Assembly (NCBI GenBank): GCA_965223545.1
Contig: OZ245006.1
Span: 2,272,001 to 2,336,000 of the forward strand
Reading direction: 5' to 3'
DNA from: Planctomycetota bacterium
Lineage (GTDB): Bacteria; Planctomycetota; UBA1135; UBA2386
Length of the DNA stretch: 64,000 nucleotides
In this document: positions 49,683-59,739 of the stretch, in pieces
Layout of the letters: each line of letters opens with the position of its first letter
How positions within the stretch are numbered: the first letter of the stretch is position 1
The notes under the pieces: generated by a model
Database searches by the model: none
What the model saw: only the letters and a program-made list of their open reading frames with translations
What the model was told of the DNA's origin: nothing
Translations under genes and position numbers: made by a program

Positions 49683-50400
49683 CGACGGTCCAGCGCTCCC
49701 CGTCCTGACCGGTGGCGTTGGCGGCGGTGGTCGACGCCATGCTGACGCTGCTGATGCCGGTGAGGAAGGCCGCCGGCCAGTTGAGCGTGGGACTGGTGCC
49801 CGAGTAGCGCGTCGTGGAGTTGCGCGACGCGAGCACGTCGCCGGCCTGGTTGACGAAGAAGATGCGCTTGCCGGAGTTGCCGTAGCTCGAGGGCCACGCG
49901 TAGCTCATCCACAGCACCTCCGACAGGGCGGCGTCGATCTGCTGGCCAGCGGCGCCGCCGCCGGGCGTGCCGGCCTCGGCGGCCGGCACGCCGCCGGACG
50001 CACGGTTGGGCAGCCACACGCCGAACACGTAGCCCGAGCGGATCACCTGGCGGTTGACGACATTGCCGAACGCGCCCGACAGGAACGGCGGGTTGATCCG
50101 CTCGGTGCCCACGCCTCCGGTCTCGTTGTTGCGCACGGGAACCGCGCCCGAGAGCTCGCCGAAGAAGCCGTACTCGCCGGCGCCGTTGCCGTTGGCATCG
50201 ATCACGGCAGCAGCCTGACACTGCGACTGCGCGGACGCGATGTTCTTCAGAGTGGCGATCGCCGCGGACTCGTTGGCGTTGAGCCGGGCACTGAGCAGGT
50301 TGGGAATCGCGATCGAGGCGATGATCGCGATGATCGCGACGACGATCATCAGCTCGATCAAGGTGAAGCCGAAGTCTCTTCGTTTCATCGGTTGTTGCAT
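49675..50400 (-). CDS. Type IV pilin/pseudopilin-like protein
   Basis: Class III signal G|FTLIELMIVVAIIAIIASIAIPNL; ANESAAI..LK; RSGY.F; YAWP..YG.SGKR.FFVNQ.G. Confidence 0.9.
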   Translation of the reverse strand: MQQPMKRRDFGFTLIELMIVVAIIAIIASIAIPNLLSARLNANESAAIATLKNIASAQSQCQAAAVIDANGNGAGEYGFFGELSGAVPVRNNETGGVGTERINPPFLSGAFGNVVNRQVIRSGYVFGVWLPNRASGGVPAAEAGTPGGGAAGQQIDAALSEVLWMSYAWPSSYGNSGKRIFFVNQAGDVLASRNSTTRYSGTSPTLNWPAAFLTGISSVSMASTTAANATGQDGERWTVVN

Positions 50401-50583
50401 TCCTGAACAGGGATCCAATAGATGTGGTGCGGGGCCGCGCACACGCGTGCGCGCCGCTGCCGGCCCACACACGCAAAGCGCAGCACCGGCGGCTCCCGAA
50501 ATGCGGATCAATCACATTCGCGACGCTGGACGATGAGTCCGGTGCGGGCCGGAGATCGCGATCTCCAAGGCGAGGGAGATCCC

Positions 50584-51114
50584 ATGGCAGGTGGCGGCGA
50601 CGAGAACGGGACGGATCAGCTGGCGCTTGCGTATGACGAGCTGCGCCGGTTGGCAGGGCGCTATCTGCGCCACGGCGGTGCCGACCAGACGCTGCAACCC
50701 ACGGCCTTGGTGCACGAGGCCTGGCTGCGACTCGCCGGCAACCGCGCTCTCGACGAGATCACCAGCAGCCACGTCGCCGCGCGCGCGGCGCGTGCCATGC
50801 GCCACGTGTTGGTCGACCGCGCGCGCCGGCGTGGATCGGCGAAGCGTGGAGGTGATTGGCAGCGCGTCGCGCTGGAGGCCGCGCCGCCACGGTCGGAAGC
50901 CACCGCACTGCTCGACGCGGTCGTCCTGAACCAGGCCATCGACGCGCTGGCGGCATCCCACGCCGAGCTCGCCGAGCTGGCCGAGCTGCGGCTGCTCGCC
51001 GGCCGGTCCCTGGCCGACGCTGCCGCGATCCTCGACTGGCCCCTTTCGACCGCCAAGAAGCGGTGGCAGTTCACCATCGCCTGGTTGGCGCGCGCGGTGA
51101 GGTCGGACGATTGA
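50584..51114 (+). CDS. ECF-type sigma factor (TLQPTALVHEA group)
   Basis: SD GAGGGAG; YDELRRLA, TLQPTALVHEAWLRL, AMRHVLVDRAR, KRGG. Confidence 0.9.
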   Translation: MAGGGDENGTDQLALAYDELRRLAGRYLRHGGADQTLQPTALVHEAWLRLAGNRALDEITSSHVAARAARAMRHVLVDRARRRGSAKRGGDWQRVALEAAPPRSEATALLDAVVLNQAIDALAASHAELAELAELRLLAGRSLADAAAILDWPLSTAKKRWQFTIAWLARAVRSDD

Positions 51115-54100
51115 ACGAGGCGCGCGTCGTGGAGCTGTTCGCGGCGGCGCAGGGGCTGAGAGACGCCGAACGGCGTCGATTTTTGCAGCAGGCCTGCTCC
51201 GACACGCGCCTGCGCACCGAGGTCGAAGAGCTGATCGCCGCCTACGAGGACCTCCCCGCCGAGCTGCAGACCGACCGATCGCCCGCGGACCGGCTCTCCG
51301 GCCAGGGAGACCGCCTCGATCCACCCAGTACCGTCGGCCCTTACACCTTGCTACAACGCATCGGCGCCGGCGGCATGGGCGTCGTGTTCCGCGCGCGGCA
51401 GGAGCTTCCCAGTCGCACCGTCGCGCTCAAGGTCGTCCGCCCCACTGGAGCCGGCGGCGATTGGCTGCGCCGCTTCCGCACCGAGGTCGAGACTCTCGGT
51501 CGGCTACGCCACCCGGGCATCGCTCAGGTCCACGACGCGGGGATCGTCGGGGGCAGCCACGGCGACCAGCCTTGGTTCGCCATGCAGCTGGTCGAGGGCG
51601 TGCCGATCACCGAGTACGCCGAGCGCCATGGCCTCGACTGTCGTGCGCGGTGCGCCATGCTGGCGCGGGTCTGCGACGCCGTGCAGCACGCGCACGAGAG
51701 GGGTGTCGTCCACCGAGACCTGAAGCCCGCCAACATCCTCGTCGACGCTGACCCTGGCGAGCCACCGCAGCCGGTCGTTCTAGACTTCGGCATCGCGCGC
51801 CTGCTCGACCAAAGCGATGCGACCGCGCAGGATCTGACCGAGCAGCCGATCGGCACGCCGCCCTACATGAGCCCGGAGCAGCTCGGCGGTGACTGCGCCG
51901 TGGACGCTCGCTCCGATCTCTACTCGCTGGGGGTCCTGTTCTTCGAGCTGATCGCCGGTTGGCGGCCGCACGAGATGGACGGCCAGGGCTATCACGCGTT
52001 CGCGCGGCGCGTGGCACAGTGCGAGCCGCCTCGACTCGGCACGCACGACGCGCGGCTGCGCGGCGACCTGGAAGCCATTGCGGGGATGGCGCTGGCCAAA
52101 GACCGAGACCGCCGCTACGCCTCGGCACGGGCGATGGCGGATGACCTGCGGCGCTGGCTCCGGCACCTGCCGGTGAAGGCGCGCCGGCCGAGCGTTTGGT
52201 ATCGCGCCCGCCGCTTCGCTCGACGCAACCGCGCGCTGGTGGGTGGCGCCGCCGCGACTCTGGTCGCGATCACCGTCGGCGTCGTGGCGACTGCCTTGTT
52301 TGCGCTGCGCGCCGTGCAAAACGAGCGCGCCGCCGCGCAACGCGAGTACGCGGTGCGCATGTCGCAAGCGCTGGCGATGATGAGCCGCGATCCGGTGGGT
52401 GCCGAAGAGCTGCTGGACGGCGCCGCTCCGGGCCTCCGCGGCTTCGAGTGGCACTACGCGCGGGCGCGCGTCGACAGCAAGCGGCACGCCTTGGTGGACG
52501 CGTTCTCCACTGCCGAGGCCGCCTGGCACGAGCAGTGCGCGGTGGCGTTTCCCGCCGACGGGCCGCTGTACGCGCGCACCGACTCGGAAGGGCTCCGGCT
52601 GATCGACGTGCGCACCGGCACCGTGCGCAAGATCCTGCGGGCAGGAGGCGCCCTCGAACATCCCGCCCTCAGCGAAGACGGCACCCGCGTGGCCGCGCGC
52701 CTGCGGAACGGATCCCAACGCAGCCTGCTGGTCTGGGACGCCGCCTCCGGCCGAGAGCTGTTGGCGCTGGGCCTGCCCGCCGAACACCTCGGTCCGTTCT
52801 CGCTGCGCGGCGACGGGCGCATCGCCGCGTTCGCGCGCTGGCGCGACGGCGGCGCGATCGTCGACGTCGACCGCGGCACCGTCATCGAGCTGCCACCGGC
52901 GCCCGAGGTCGTGCACGGACCGCTGCCGGCACCCAGCTTCGTCGCCGACGGACATCGAACGCGCATCGGCGCGCGCGTCTACGACACCCACTCAGGGCAG
53001 TTGGTGGCGGAAGACGCCACCGACGCGGCGGTGTGGCAGATGACGCGCACGCGGAAGGGGACACTGGCGACCGCACAATGGCGGCGACGGACGATCGAGC
53101 TCGCCGAGGCGTCGGCCGCGACCCCGAAGCGTTCTTTGACAGGACTGCGCAGCCACGCGCACGAGATGGTGTTCTCGGCCGATGGACGCCGACTGGCCGC
53201 TGCCGACTACGCCGGAGCCGTGCTGGTGTGGGACGTCGAACTCGGAGCGGTGCTGCGCGGGTTTCCCGACGCCGCCAAGTGGTTGGCGTTCGACGAGAGC
53301 GGGACCCGCTTGGCCGCATGCACCAGCACCGGCCCGGTGGAGTGGGACCTGACCGACCGCGGCGCGCGGGTGCTCGCGGCACACCGAGCCTACGGCCTCC
53401 TGGTGGCGTACTCGCCCGACGGCGCGCTCCTGGCCTCGATGGACACCGACCGGCGCGTCGTGCTGTGGGATCCGCTGACCGGCACGCCGCTGGCCACCAT
53501 CCAGTCGGCCAACCGCGGCCAAGCGCTCCGCTTCTCGGAGGACGGCCGGCGGCTGATCCTGGCGGGACCTCCCGACCAGGGCTGGGACGTCGCCACTGGC
53601 GCCCCGGCGCCGGTCGACGCACCCTTCGCCGCCCCCGGTCGACCCACGGCCGCGGCGCGCGAGGTCGGTGCGTGGGATGCGGCCAGCGACGACGGCGCTC
53701 TCCACGCGGTTGCGAGCAGCACCCACCTCTTCGTGCGCAACGCCGACGGCGATCCCCTGATCACGCTGGAGCTCCCGCCGGCGAACGGCGGCGGCCCCGG
53801 CCGCGCCGCCAGGCTGCGCGCCGCATTGGCGGAGCTCCACATCCTCTACGCCCCGAGCCTCGCCATCGACCCCCACCACCGCTGGGTCGCCGCCGGCCGC
53901 AAGGACGGGTCGCTGAACGTCGTCGATGCGAGCAGCGGCGAGGTGCGCACCGTGCACCGGCACTTCGGACCGGTCTACGGCGTCGCGTTCAGTCCCTGTG
54001 GGCGCCGGATCGCCACCGCAGGCAACGACGGCGCGGTTCGCCTGTGGGACACCGAGTCGCTCGAGCACGTCGCGGAGCTGCGCGGCCACGACACCTACGT

Positions 54101-54398
54101 GCGCGCCGTCGCATTTCGCCCCGACGGCCAACAGCTGGCGACCACGTCCGGCGACCTGACGGTGCGGCTGTGGGACGCCGCGCCGGATGGAGTCGTGCGC
54201 GCGGCGGCGCGCGCGCGGGCCGCCGCGCGAGAGCGGGCGCGGGTCGCGATCCGCACGGAGCTGCGGGGAGGTCGGGCACCGGCGGAATTGGCGCGGAGGG
54301 TGCGCGCGGATCCCGAGCTCTCGGAGGAGCAGCGGGTCGTGGCCCTGCAGGCGTTGCTGCTCGAGAGCCAAGCCGCGCGGTGGACCCGGGCGCGCTGA
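51111..54398 (+). CDS. Ser/Thr protein kinase with C-terminal WD40 repeats
   Basis: TTGA overlap with sigma stop; GAGGMGVVF, HRDLKPAN, DFG, GTPPYMSPE; GH...VAFRPDG...VRLWD repeats. Confidence 0.93.
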   Translation: MNEARVVELFAAAQGLRDAERRRFLQQACSDTRLRTEVEELIAAYEDLPAELQTDRSPADRLSGQGDRLDPPSTVGPYTLLQRIGAGGMGVVFRARQELPSRTVALKVVRPTGAGGDWLRRFRTEVETLGRLRHPGIAQVHDAGIVGGSHGDQPWFAMQLVEGVPITEYAERHGLDCRARCAMLARVCDAVQHAHERGVVHRDLKPANILVDADPGEPPQPVVLDFGIARLLDQSDATAQDLTEQPIGTPPYMSPEQLGGDCAVDARSDLYSLGVLFFELIAGWRPHEMDGQGYHAFARRVAQCEPPRLGTHDARLRGDLEAIAGMALAKDRDRRYASARAMADDLRRWLRHLPVKARRPSVWYRARRFARRNRALVGGAAATLVAITVGVVATALFALRAVQNERAAAQREYAVRMSQALAMMSRDPVGAEELLDGAAPGLRGFEWHYARARVDSKRHALVDAFSTAEAAWHEQCAVAFPADGPLYARTDSEGLRLIDVRTGTVRKILRAGGALEHPALSEDGTRVAARLRNGSQRSLLVWDAASGRELLALGLPAEHLGPFSLRGDGRIAAFARWRDGGAIVDVDRGTVIELPPAPEVVHGPLPAPSFVADGHRTRIGARVYDTHSGQLVAEDATDAAVWQMTRTRKGTLATAQWRRRTIELAEASAATPKRSLTGLRSHAHEMVFSADGRRLAAADYAGAVLVWDVELGAVLRGFPDAAKWLAFDESGTRLAACTSTGPVEWDLTDRGARVLAAHRAYGLLVAYSPDGALLASMDTDRRVVLWDPLTGTPLATIQSANRGQALRFSEDGRRLILAGPPDQGWDVATGAPAPVDAPFAAPGRPTAAAREVGAWDAASDDGALHAVASSTHLFVRNADGDPLITLELPPANGGGPGRAARLRAALAELHILYAPSLAIDPHHRWVAAGRKDGSLNVVDASSGEVRTVHRHFGPVYGVAFSPCGRRIATAGNDGAVRLWDTESLEHVAELRGHDTYVRAVAFRPDGQQLATTSGDLTVRLWDAAPDGVVRAAARARAAARERARVAIRTELRGGRAPAELARRVRADPELSEEQRVVALQALLLESQAARWTRAR

Positions 54399-54453
54399 GG
54401 CTTCCTATCGTGGCGGTGGCGCTGCACAGTGGCTAACGTCCACGTTCACGTTC

Positions 54454-54528
54454 TCCGGGGTAGATCAGAGGTGAGATCGCTCGGCTCGGACCGAGAGGGC
54501 GCTGGTTCGAATCCAGCCCCCGGACCCA
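54454..54528 (+). tRNA. tRNA-like RNA with non-canonical 6-nt anticodon loop (identity undetermined)
   Basis: TCCGGGG/CCCCGGA acceptor, TA, GATC/GATC D-stem, CTCGG/CCGAG stem with loop CTCGGA, AGGGC, GCTGG-TTCGAAT-CCAGC T-arm, C-CCA end. Confidence 0.8.
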
Positions 54529-54550
54529 TTTCGACCCAACGACGGTGACC

Positions 54551-56866
54551 ATGCCCGGCGACGACAGGACGACCCCATCGGGCGCCAATCCTGGCTACGC
54601 CGCATACCAGCTCACCAAGGCGCTGGACACTCGCGACACCCACGCCGATCCGGAGACCCGCCGTCGCGCGGCAGCGAGGGTGACTCGGTGGGAGACGGTG
54701 TTGCGCGACCTTCTCACCGGCGCTGTCGACCACGGAAGCCGCGCCCCGCTCGAGAACGTCCCCGAGTGGGTCACCCTCGAGGTGATGACCGGCGGCTTCG
54801 CCACCGGCAATCTGGTCGCCGGGGGGCCGCTGCAACCGCACGAGCTCGCCCTCCTCGAGGAGCTCTCGAAGCCACCGAAAGGCCGCGAACGCGCCGCGTT
54901 GAACGCGCACTTCGTGAGCGAGCCCGGGCTCGCCGAGTTGGGCGAGCGTTTGCGCGCGGGAACGTACGACGTCACGGTCCCTGAGGAAGGCGCCCTGTTG
55001 ACCGTCGCGTGGCTGGTGCGGCACGGTCACGTCACGCAGGCCCACGCGCTCTTGGATCAGCTGCTGCCCTTATTCGACCGCGTGCGATTCTACCCCGTGC
55101 CGCGTTCGGGGCCTCCGCCCCGCGGACCGCACGTCCACCTGCAGACCGTCGGCGACACCGTCGCCGACCTCGATCAGATCCAGCCCAATCGCAAGGTGCT
55201 GGCGCAGAAGGAGGCGGTCGAGATCTGGGCTCCGTTCCATGACCGCGTGGTCTCGATGTTCTGCGAGACGGTCGTCGACGACTGGCCGTGCCGGCACTAT
55301 CCGCCGGACTGGAAGGAGCGTGCGCGCGCCCTGATCGACGAGTACTCGACGCTGCGCGCGCAGCACGTGCTCTGCAGCAAGCCGGATCGAAGAGGAGGAC
55401 ACCAGCTGCAGCTCCGCACGCTCCTGCAGCAATGCGCAGAAGACCCCGCCGCCCTCGACGGGCGCGCCGCGGGCATGGTCCGCCGGATCCTGCGCTGTTT
55501 CTCGCGCAAGCGGGGAGCTCCGGGGTCCGCCGCGTGCGCGCAGGCGCGCGCGCGGCAAGCCGAGGATGTCCGCGCCCCTGTCTTTGCCGCCATCGCCCAG
55601 CTCGTCGTCGCACGCCTCAACCGGCATCCCGGCGACGCAGCCCTGGCGGACGTGTAGGTGTTGACCGCGGCGGTGAGCGAGGTCGAAGCGCGGAGCGACG
55701 TCCCTGCGGGCACTCCGATCCCGCCGTGCATCGGCCGCAAGGCGGAACGCTGCTTGTCGGACACGCCGGTCGCCTTGATCCGAAAGGGCCTGATCACGTC
55801 GGGAGACACGCTGGCCCGGATCCTGCCACAGCTCAGTGCGGCAGTCAGCGGTGCCGCCATCGACGATCCAGAGCTGCGACCGCTGTACGCGGCGGTCTAC
55901 CGCGCCTTCCGCAGACGCCGATCACTCCTGCTGCTGAATCTGCAAGAGCAAGTCCAACTCGAAGAGCTGCCCTGGATCGCCGTGACCGCGCAGTTTCGCA
56001 CCCGCAGCCGCACCGGACGCGATCTGGCGCGGGAGACGCTCGGTGAGGCCGCGTTGCTGACCCTGACGTCGTTCCCCCACGCGCTCGTGCCCAACAAGCT
56101 CTTGCAGGAGTTTCGCGCGCTGAGCCGTGCCGCCGGCATCGACCTGGCTCTGGTCGACGAGCTTGCGGCCGACATCTTCGCGGGCACTTTCACCGGCAAG
56201 TTCACCGCTGCTCTCGAACGGGCCGCCCAACTGCTCGATGGATCGATCTACGCCACCTACTACGAGATCGACTACCCAGCGGCCGTGGCCGCCGTCGCCA
56301 GAGACCGTTCCCCCCGGCGCAGCCTCTTTCGCCGCCCGACCGACCGGCCCCCCAACGATGCCCTCGCCCGCCTGTGCGCAGCGCGCGCCGGGGTCGAACT
56401 CGACCGTTGGGCGCCGGCGATCAACGGCATGGTCATCGAGCAGCAGCAGATCCTCACCACGCAGAATCTCGCGGTTCTCGTCTCGGGGCTCGACCTGCAA
56501 GAACCGCTACGGCCGCACCTCGACGGCATGGCCAAGGGCTGCTTCACCTGGATCTGCAAGCGCCTCCAGGTCAAGCCGACCGATTGGCACGATCGGCTGA
56601 TCGCGACCAAGAACGCCGCCTACGCATGGCGTCAGATGCTGTTCTATCTCGCGCTGCAACCATCGGGCGCGACGGATGAGTTCCTGCACTGGGCAGACGG
56701 GGTCCTCGGCCAACAGCGACCGGAGTTCGGCGCGCGCTTCCGCCCCGCGTTGGATGGGCTGGTGCTCGTCGCCGGTGGCCAGCTCGACGACTCTCGGCGC
56801 AACCGAGTGCCGGGATTCCTGGGATGGTGCGACGGCACGCATTGGCTGTTGGAAGAGTCGGGCTAG
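54551..56866 (+). pseudogene. Large uncharacterised protein (771 codons) interrupted by one in-frame TAG at 55655-55657
   Basis: ORFs 54545..55657 and 55658..56866 abut in the same frame; no SD before the second; sequence reads continuously (DAALADV*VLTAAVSE). Confidence 0.7.
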
Positions 56867-56993
56867 GCTCGGGTTTTTTGGCGGAAAGGTGTCCAAACCG
56901 GGCACCGCGACGCGTCGCCTGGTGTCGGCCGATTCGACCGGCGAAACCAGAACCACTGACGAAACAGACCCGAAGCCTCGGAAAGGACACGCC

Positions 56994-57329
56994 GTGCCCA
57001 ACTACCTCTGCATCCAGCGAAGCCAACCCGGCGGACCATGCGACCAGCCGTCTCCCGCCCAGATGGAGGAGCTGTACGCTGCGTTCCTCGCCTGGAAGGA
57101 CAAGTTCCAAAAGAACATCGTCGACATGGGTGGCAAGCTCGGCGGCGGAAGCGTGGTCACTGCGGACCGCGCGACGGACGGCCCGTTCGTGGAGGCCAAA
57201 GAGATCGTCGGCGGATTCATGATCGTCGCCGCGGACAGCCTGGAGGAGGCGATCGCAGTCGCTCGTGAGAGCCCCGGAGTCGCCATGCCGGGGTCGTCGG
57301 TAGAGGTGCGGGAGATCCACACTCCTTGA
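56994..57329 (+). CDS. YciI/DGPF-domain protein
   Basis: SD AAAGGA, GTG; TDGPFVEAKEIVGGF...EEAIAVA...VEVR. Confidence 0.9.
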   Translation: MPNYLCIQRSQPGGPCDQPSPAQMEELYAAFLAWKDKFQKNIVDMGGKLGGGSVVTADRATDGPFVEAKEIVGGFMIVAADSLEEAIAVARESPGVAMPGSSVEVREIHTP

Positions 57330-58585
57330 CCGCGCCCTCGCTTCCCGAGCACTTCTTCCGGCACGAGTACGGGAAGCTCGTCGCCACGTTGGTGCGCCGC
57401 GCCGGCGCGCAGCACTTCGAGCTGATCGAGGACGCCACGCAGTCGGCCTTGCTGATGGCCGTCGACTCCTGGCCGCGGACGGGGTTGCCGGAGAACCCAT
57501 CGGCTTGGCTCTTTCGAGTTGCGCACAACGATCTCATCGGACAGCTGCGCAAACGCGCGCGCGAGCGCCGCCTTCTCGAGCAGAGCCCGCGGAGGGACGT
57601 CCAGTCCGACGACCCATCCGAGCTTGGCGATGAGGAAATGCAGGACGACCTGCTGCGGATGTTGTTCGCCTGCTGCGACGACACGATCGCGGTCGAATCC
57701 CAGCTCGTGCTGGCCCTCAAGACCCTCTGCGGTTTCAACATCCGAGAGATCGCGCTGCGCCTGTTCATTACCGAGGCGAACGCCTACAAGCGCTTCGATC
57801 GGGCCCGGCGCCGCCTGCGCGAGCGTCCCCCTCCCGGGGGCAAGCTGCAAGACGAGCGTTGCGCATCGCGACTCCCCGCGGTGCACAAGGTCCTCTACGT
57901 CCTGTTCACCGAAGGACACCTCTCCGTCCGGTTGGGAGAGTCCTTGCGGACCGAGCTCTGCGCCGACGCGATCCGGCTGGCGGAGATCCTGGCAGAGCAC
58001 CCGGCCGGCCAAGTTCCCGAGACGTTCGCGCTGTTGGCTCTGATGCACTTCCACGCGGCGCGCATGACCGCTCGCCAAGACGCATCCGGCGGACTGCTCC
58101 TCCTCGAAGAGCAAGACCGCGAGCTCTGGGACCGCGCGCGGATGCACACTGGGCTCGAGTGGCTGGCCAAGTCGGCACAGGGCAGCGCGTTCTCCCGATA
58201 CCACGCCGAGGCCGGCATTGCGGCGGAGCACTGCCTCGCCCCTTCGTTCGACGAGACGCGCTGGGACAGGGTCGTGGAGTGCTACCGCTTGCTGGAGAAG
58301 ACCGCCCCGTCCCCGATCCACAGGCTCAACTGCGCCGTGGCGGTCGCCGAGTGGAAGGGGCCGGCCGCGGGTCTCGCGACGCTCGAGGGGTTCGTGCCTC
58401 CGACTTGGTTGGCCAGTTCATACCTCTGGGCCGCGGTGATGGCGGACTTGCATCGACGGTGCGGAGACGCGGAGAGGGCGCGCGACTATCGCGAGGCAGC
58501 TCTGGACGCTGCCCCCACGCAGGCGGTGAGGCAACTGTTGGAACGACGACTCGCGTACGTCGCCGCCGACGGCGAGCGAGGCTGA
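57326..58585 (+). CDS. ECF sigma factor with long C-terminal TPR-like extension (ECF42-like)
   Basis: EDATQSAL, WP..G.PENP.AWL, DDLLRMLFACC, LYVLFTEG, LEEQDRELWD, YHAEAGIAAEH; coupled to DGPF gene. Confidence 0.88.
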   Translation: MTAPSLPEHFFRHEYGKLVATLVRRAGAQHFELIEDATQSALLMAVDSWPRTGLPENPSAWLFRVAHNDLIGQLRKRARERRLLEQSPRRDVQSDDPSELGDEEMQDDLLRMLFACCDDTIAVESQLVLALKTLCGFNIREIALRLFITEANAYKRFDRARRRLRERPPPGGKLQDERCASRLPAVHKVLYVLFTEGHLSVRLGESLRTELCADAIRLAEILAEHPAGQVPETFALLALMHFHAARMTARQDASGGLLLLEEQDRELWDRARMHTGLEWLAKSAQGSAFSRYHAEAGIAAEHCLAPSFDETRWDRVVECYRLLEKTAPSPIHRLNCAVAVAEWKGPAAGLATLEGFVPPTWLASSYLWAAVMADLHRRCGDAERARDYREAALDAAPTQAVRQLLERRLAYVAADGERG

Positions 58586-58624
58586 GATTCGGCCGCGACC
58601 ACATCGCCCCCAAACGCGGCCTCA

Positions 58625-59266
58625 TCAGCGGCCCTTGGCGTAGTGCCGCGCCGCCTTGGCACGGTTGCCGCACGCGCTCATGTCGCACCAGCGGCGCCGC
58701 TTGCTTCGACTCTGGTCCAAGAACAGCCAACCGCAATCGACCCCGTGGCACTCGCGAACAAGAGGTGCGCGCACATCGTCGAGGAGAAGCGCGGCGGCCG
58801 ACTCCGCGATCGGCCACAAGACAAGGTCCAGTTCCTCGGGACCAGGGGTCCAAGTTCGCACGAAGCGACCAGTTCGAAACGTGATTTTCGACGCTTGCGC
58901 GGCATGACGACGGGCTGCATCGATGACGTGCAAGTCGCGAGACTGTGGGGCGCTGCCGCGCGCCAGCGCGGACGCGACAGCGTAGATGGACTCTCTCAGC
59001 TCCACGGCGAACTCGAACGCCGCTCCGGCCGCGCGGGAACGATCGGAGGCCACGCCCCGGAGCCTGCCGATCTCCTGCGAGGGCAGCAACGCAACCCGGC
59101 GGGCGAAGACCAAGACGTCCTCATAGTCATGCAGGTACTCTTGGGGGTTCGGCCCCCTGCGCAACTCGCGAGTATTCGCGAAGTCCAGGCACGACACGCC
59201 GGCGCTGAACGTGAGGTGCTTGGAGCGAATGGTCGCGCCGTAGGGGTAGCTTCGCGGACGGGCCAT
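58625..59266 (-). CDS. ABATE/CGNR zinc-finger protein
   Basis: LDFANT; RECHGVDCGWLFLDQSRSKRRRWCDMSACGNRAKA. Confidence 0.92.
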   Translation of the reverse strand: MARPRSYPYGATIRSKHLTFSAGVSCLDFANTRELRRGPNPQEYLHDYEDVLVFARRVALLPSQEIGRLRGVASDRSRAAGAAFEFAVELRESIYAVASALARGSAPQSRDLHVIDAARRHAAQASKITFRTGRFVRTWTPGPEELDLVLWPIAESAAALLLDDVRAPLVRECHGVDCGWLFLDQSRSKRRRWCDMSACGNRAKAARHYAKGR

Positions 59267-59273
59267 GACTTGA

Positions 59274-59726
59274 TCACGAGCCGGGCGCCGGGAAGGGCCT
59301 CTTGAACGTGAAGGCCTCGGCGGTCGGACCCATCGACCGGAGCCGGTCGAGCTTCTCTTTCGCCTCGTCGACGGTCGGCTCATGCCCAACGGAAATCCAC
59401 CACAGGACGAACGGTGGCTCCAGCGGCGTGAACCACTGCATCCGGTCGCGGAAGGGCCCGGAGTGCGCACCGCGGTAGACGTAGAACCGAAGATCGTCGA
59501 TCGACGTCCACACCGACATGTTGAACAGGACGAGCTCGTCCTCGAACGCGCGCACCGCCGTCGAGTCGCCGGCCTCGGTCTGCAGCCGCCACACAAACCC
59601 CGGGCTGTGCTCGGCGGCGGCGTTGATGGCCGCGAGCTGCTTGCGAAACCCGTCCATGACCGGCGCCTCCAGAGGGGCGCGCATGCGGGCAACGTTGGCC
59701 TGAGCCAGGTGGTAGTGGTCGCTCAT
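59274..59726 (-). CDS. DUF3291 family protein
   Basis: YHLAQANVAR, SPGFVWRL, NMSVW, LWW...GH.PT, GPTAEAFTF. Confidence 0.88.
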   Translation of the reverse strand: MSDHYHLAQANVARMRAPLEAPVMDGFRKQLAAINAAAEHSPGFVWRLQTEAGDSTAVRAFEDELVLFNMSVWTSIDDLRFYVYRGAHSGPFRDRMQWFTPLEPPFVLWWISVGHEPTVDEAKEKLDRLRSMGPTAEAFTFKRPFPAPGS

Positions 59727-59739
59727 GCTTGGACTATTC

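Noticed and set aside
54454..54528. Ordinary tRNA-Pro(CGG)
   Set aside because: The anticodon loop is 6 nt and the acceptor identity elements (U1-A72, C73) do not match Pro.
54454..55657. Pyrrolysine system or amber suppressor tRNA decoding the TAG
   Set aside because: The loop has no CUA, the RNA lacks tRNA-Pyl features (6-bp anticodon stem, short D and variable loops), and no pyl genes are in the window.
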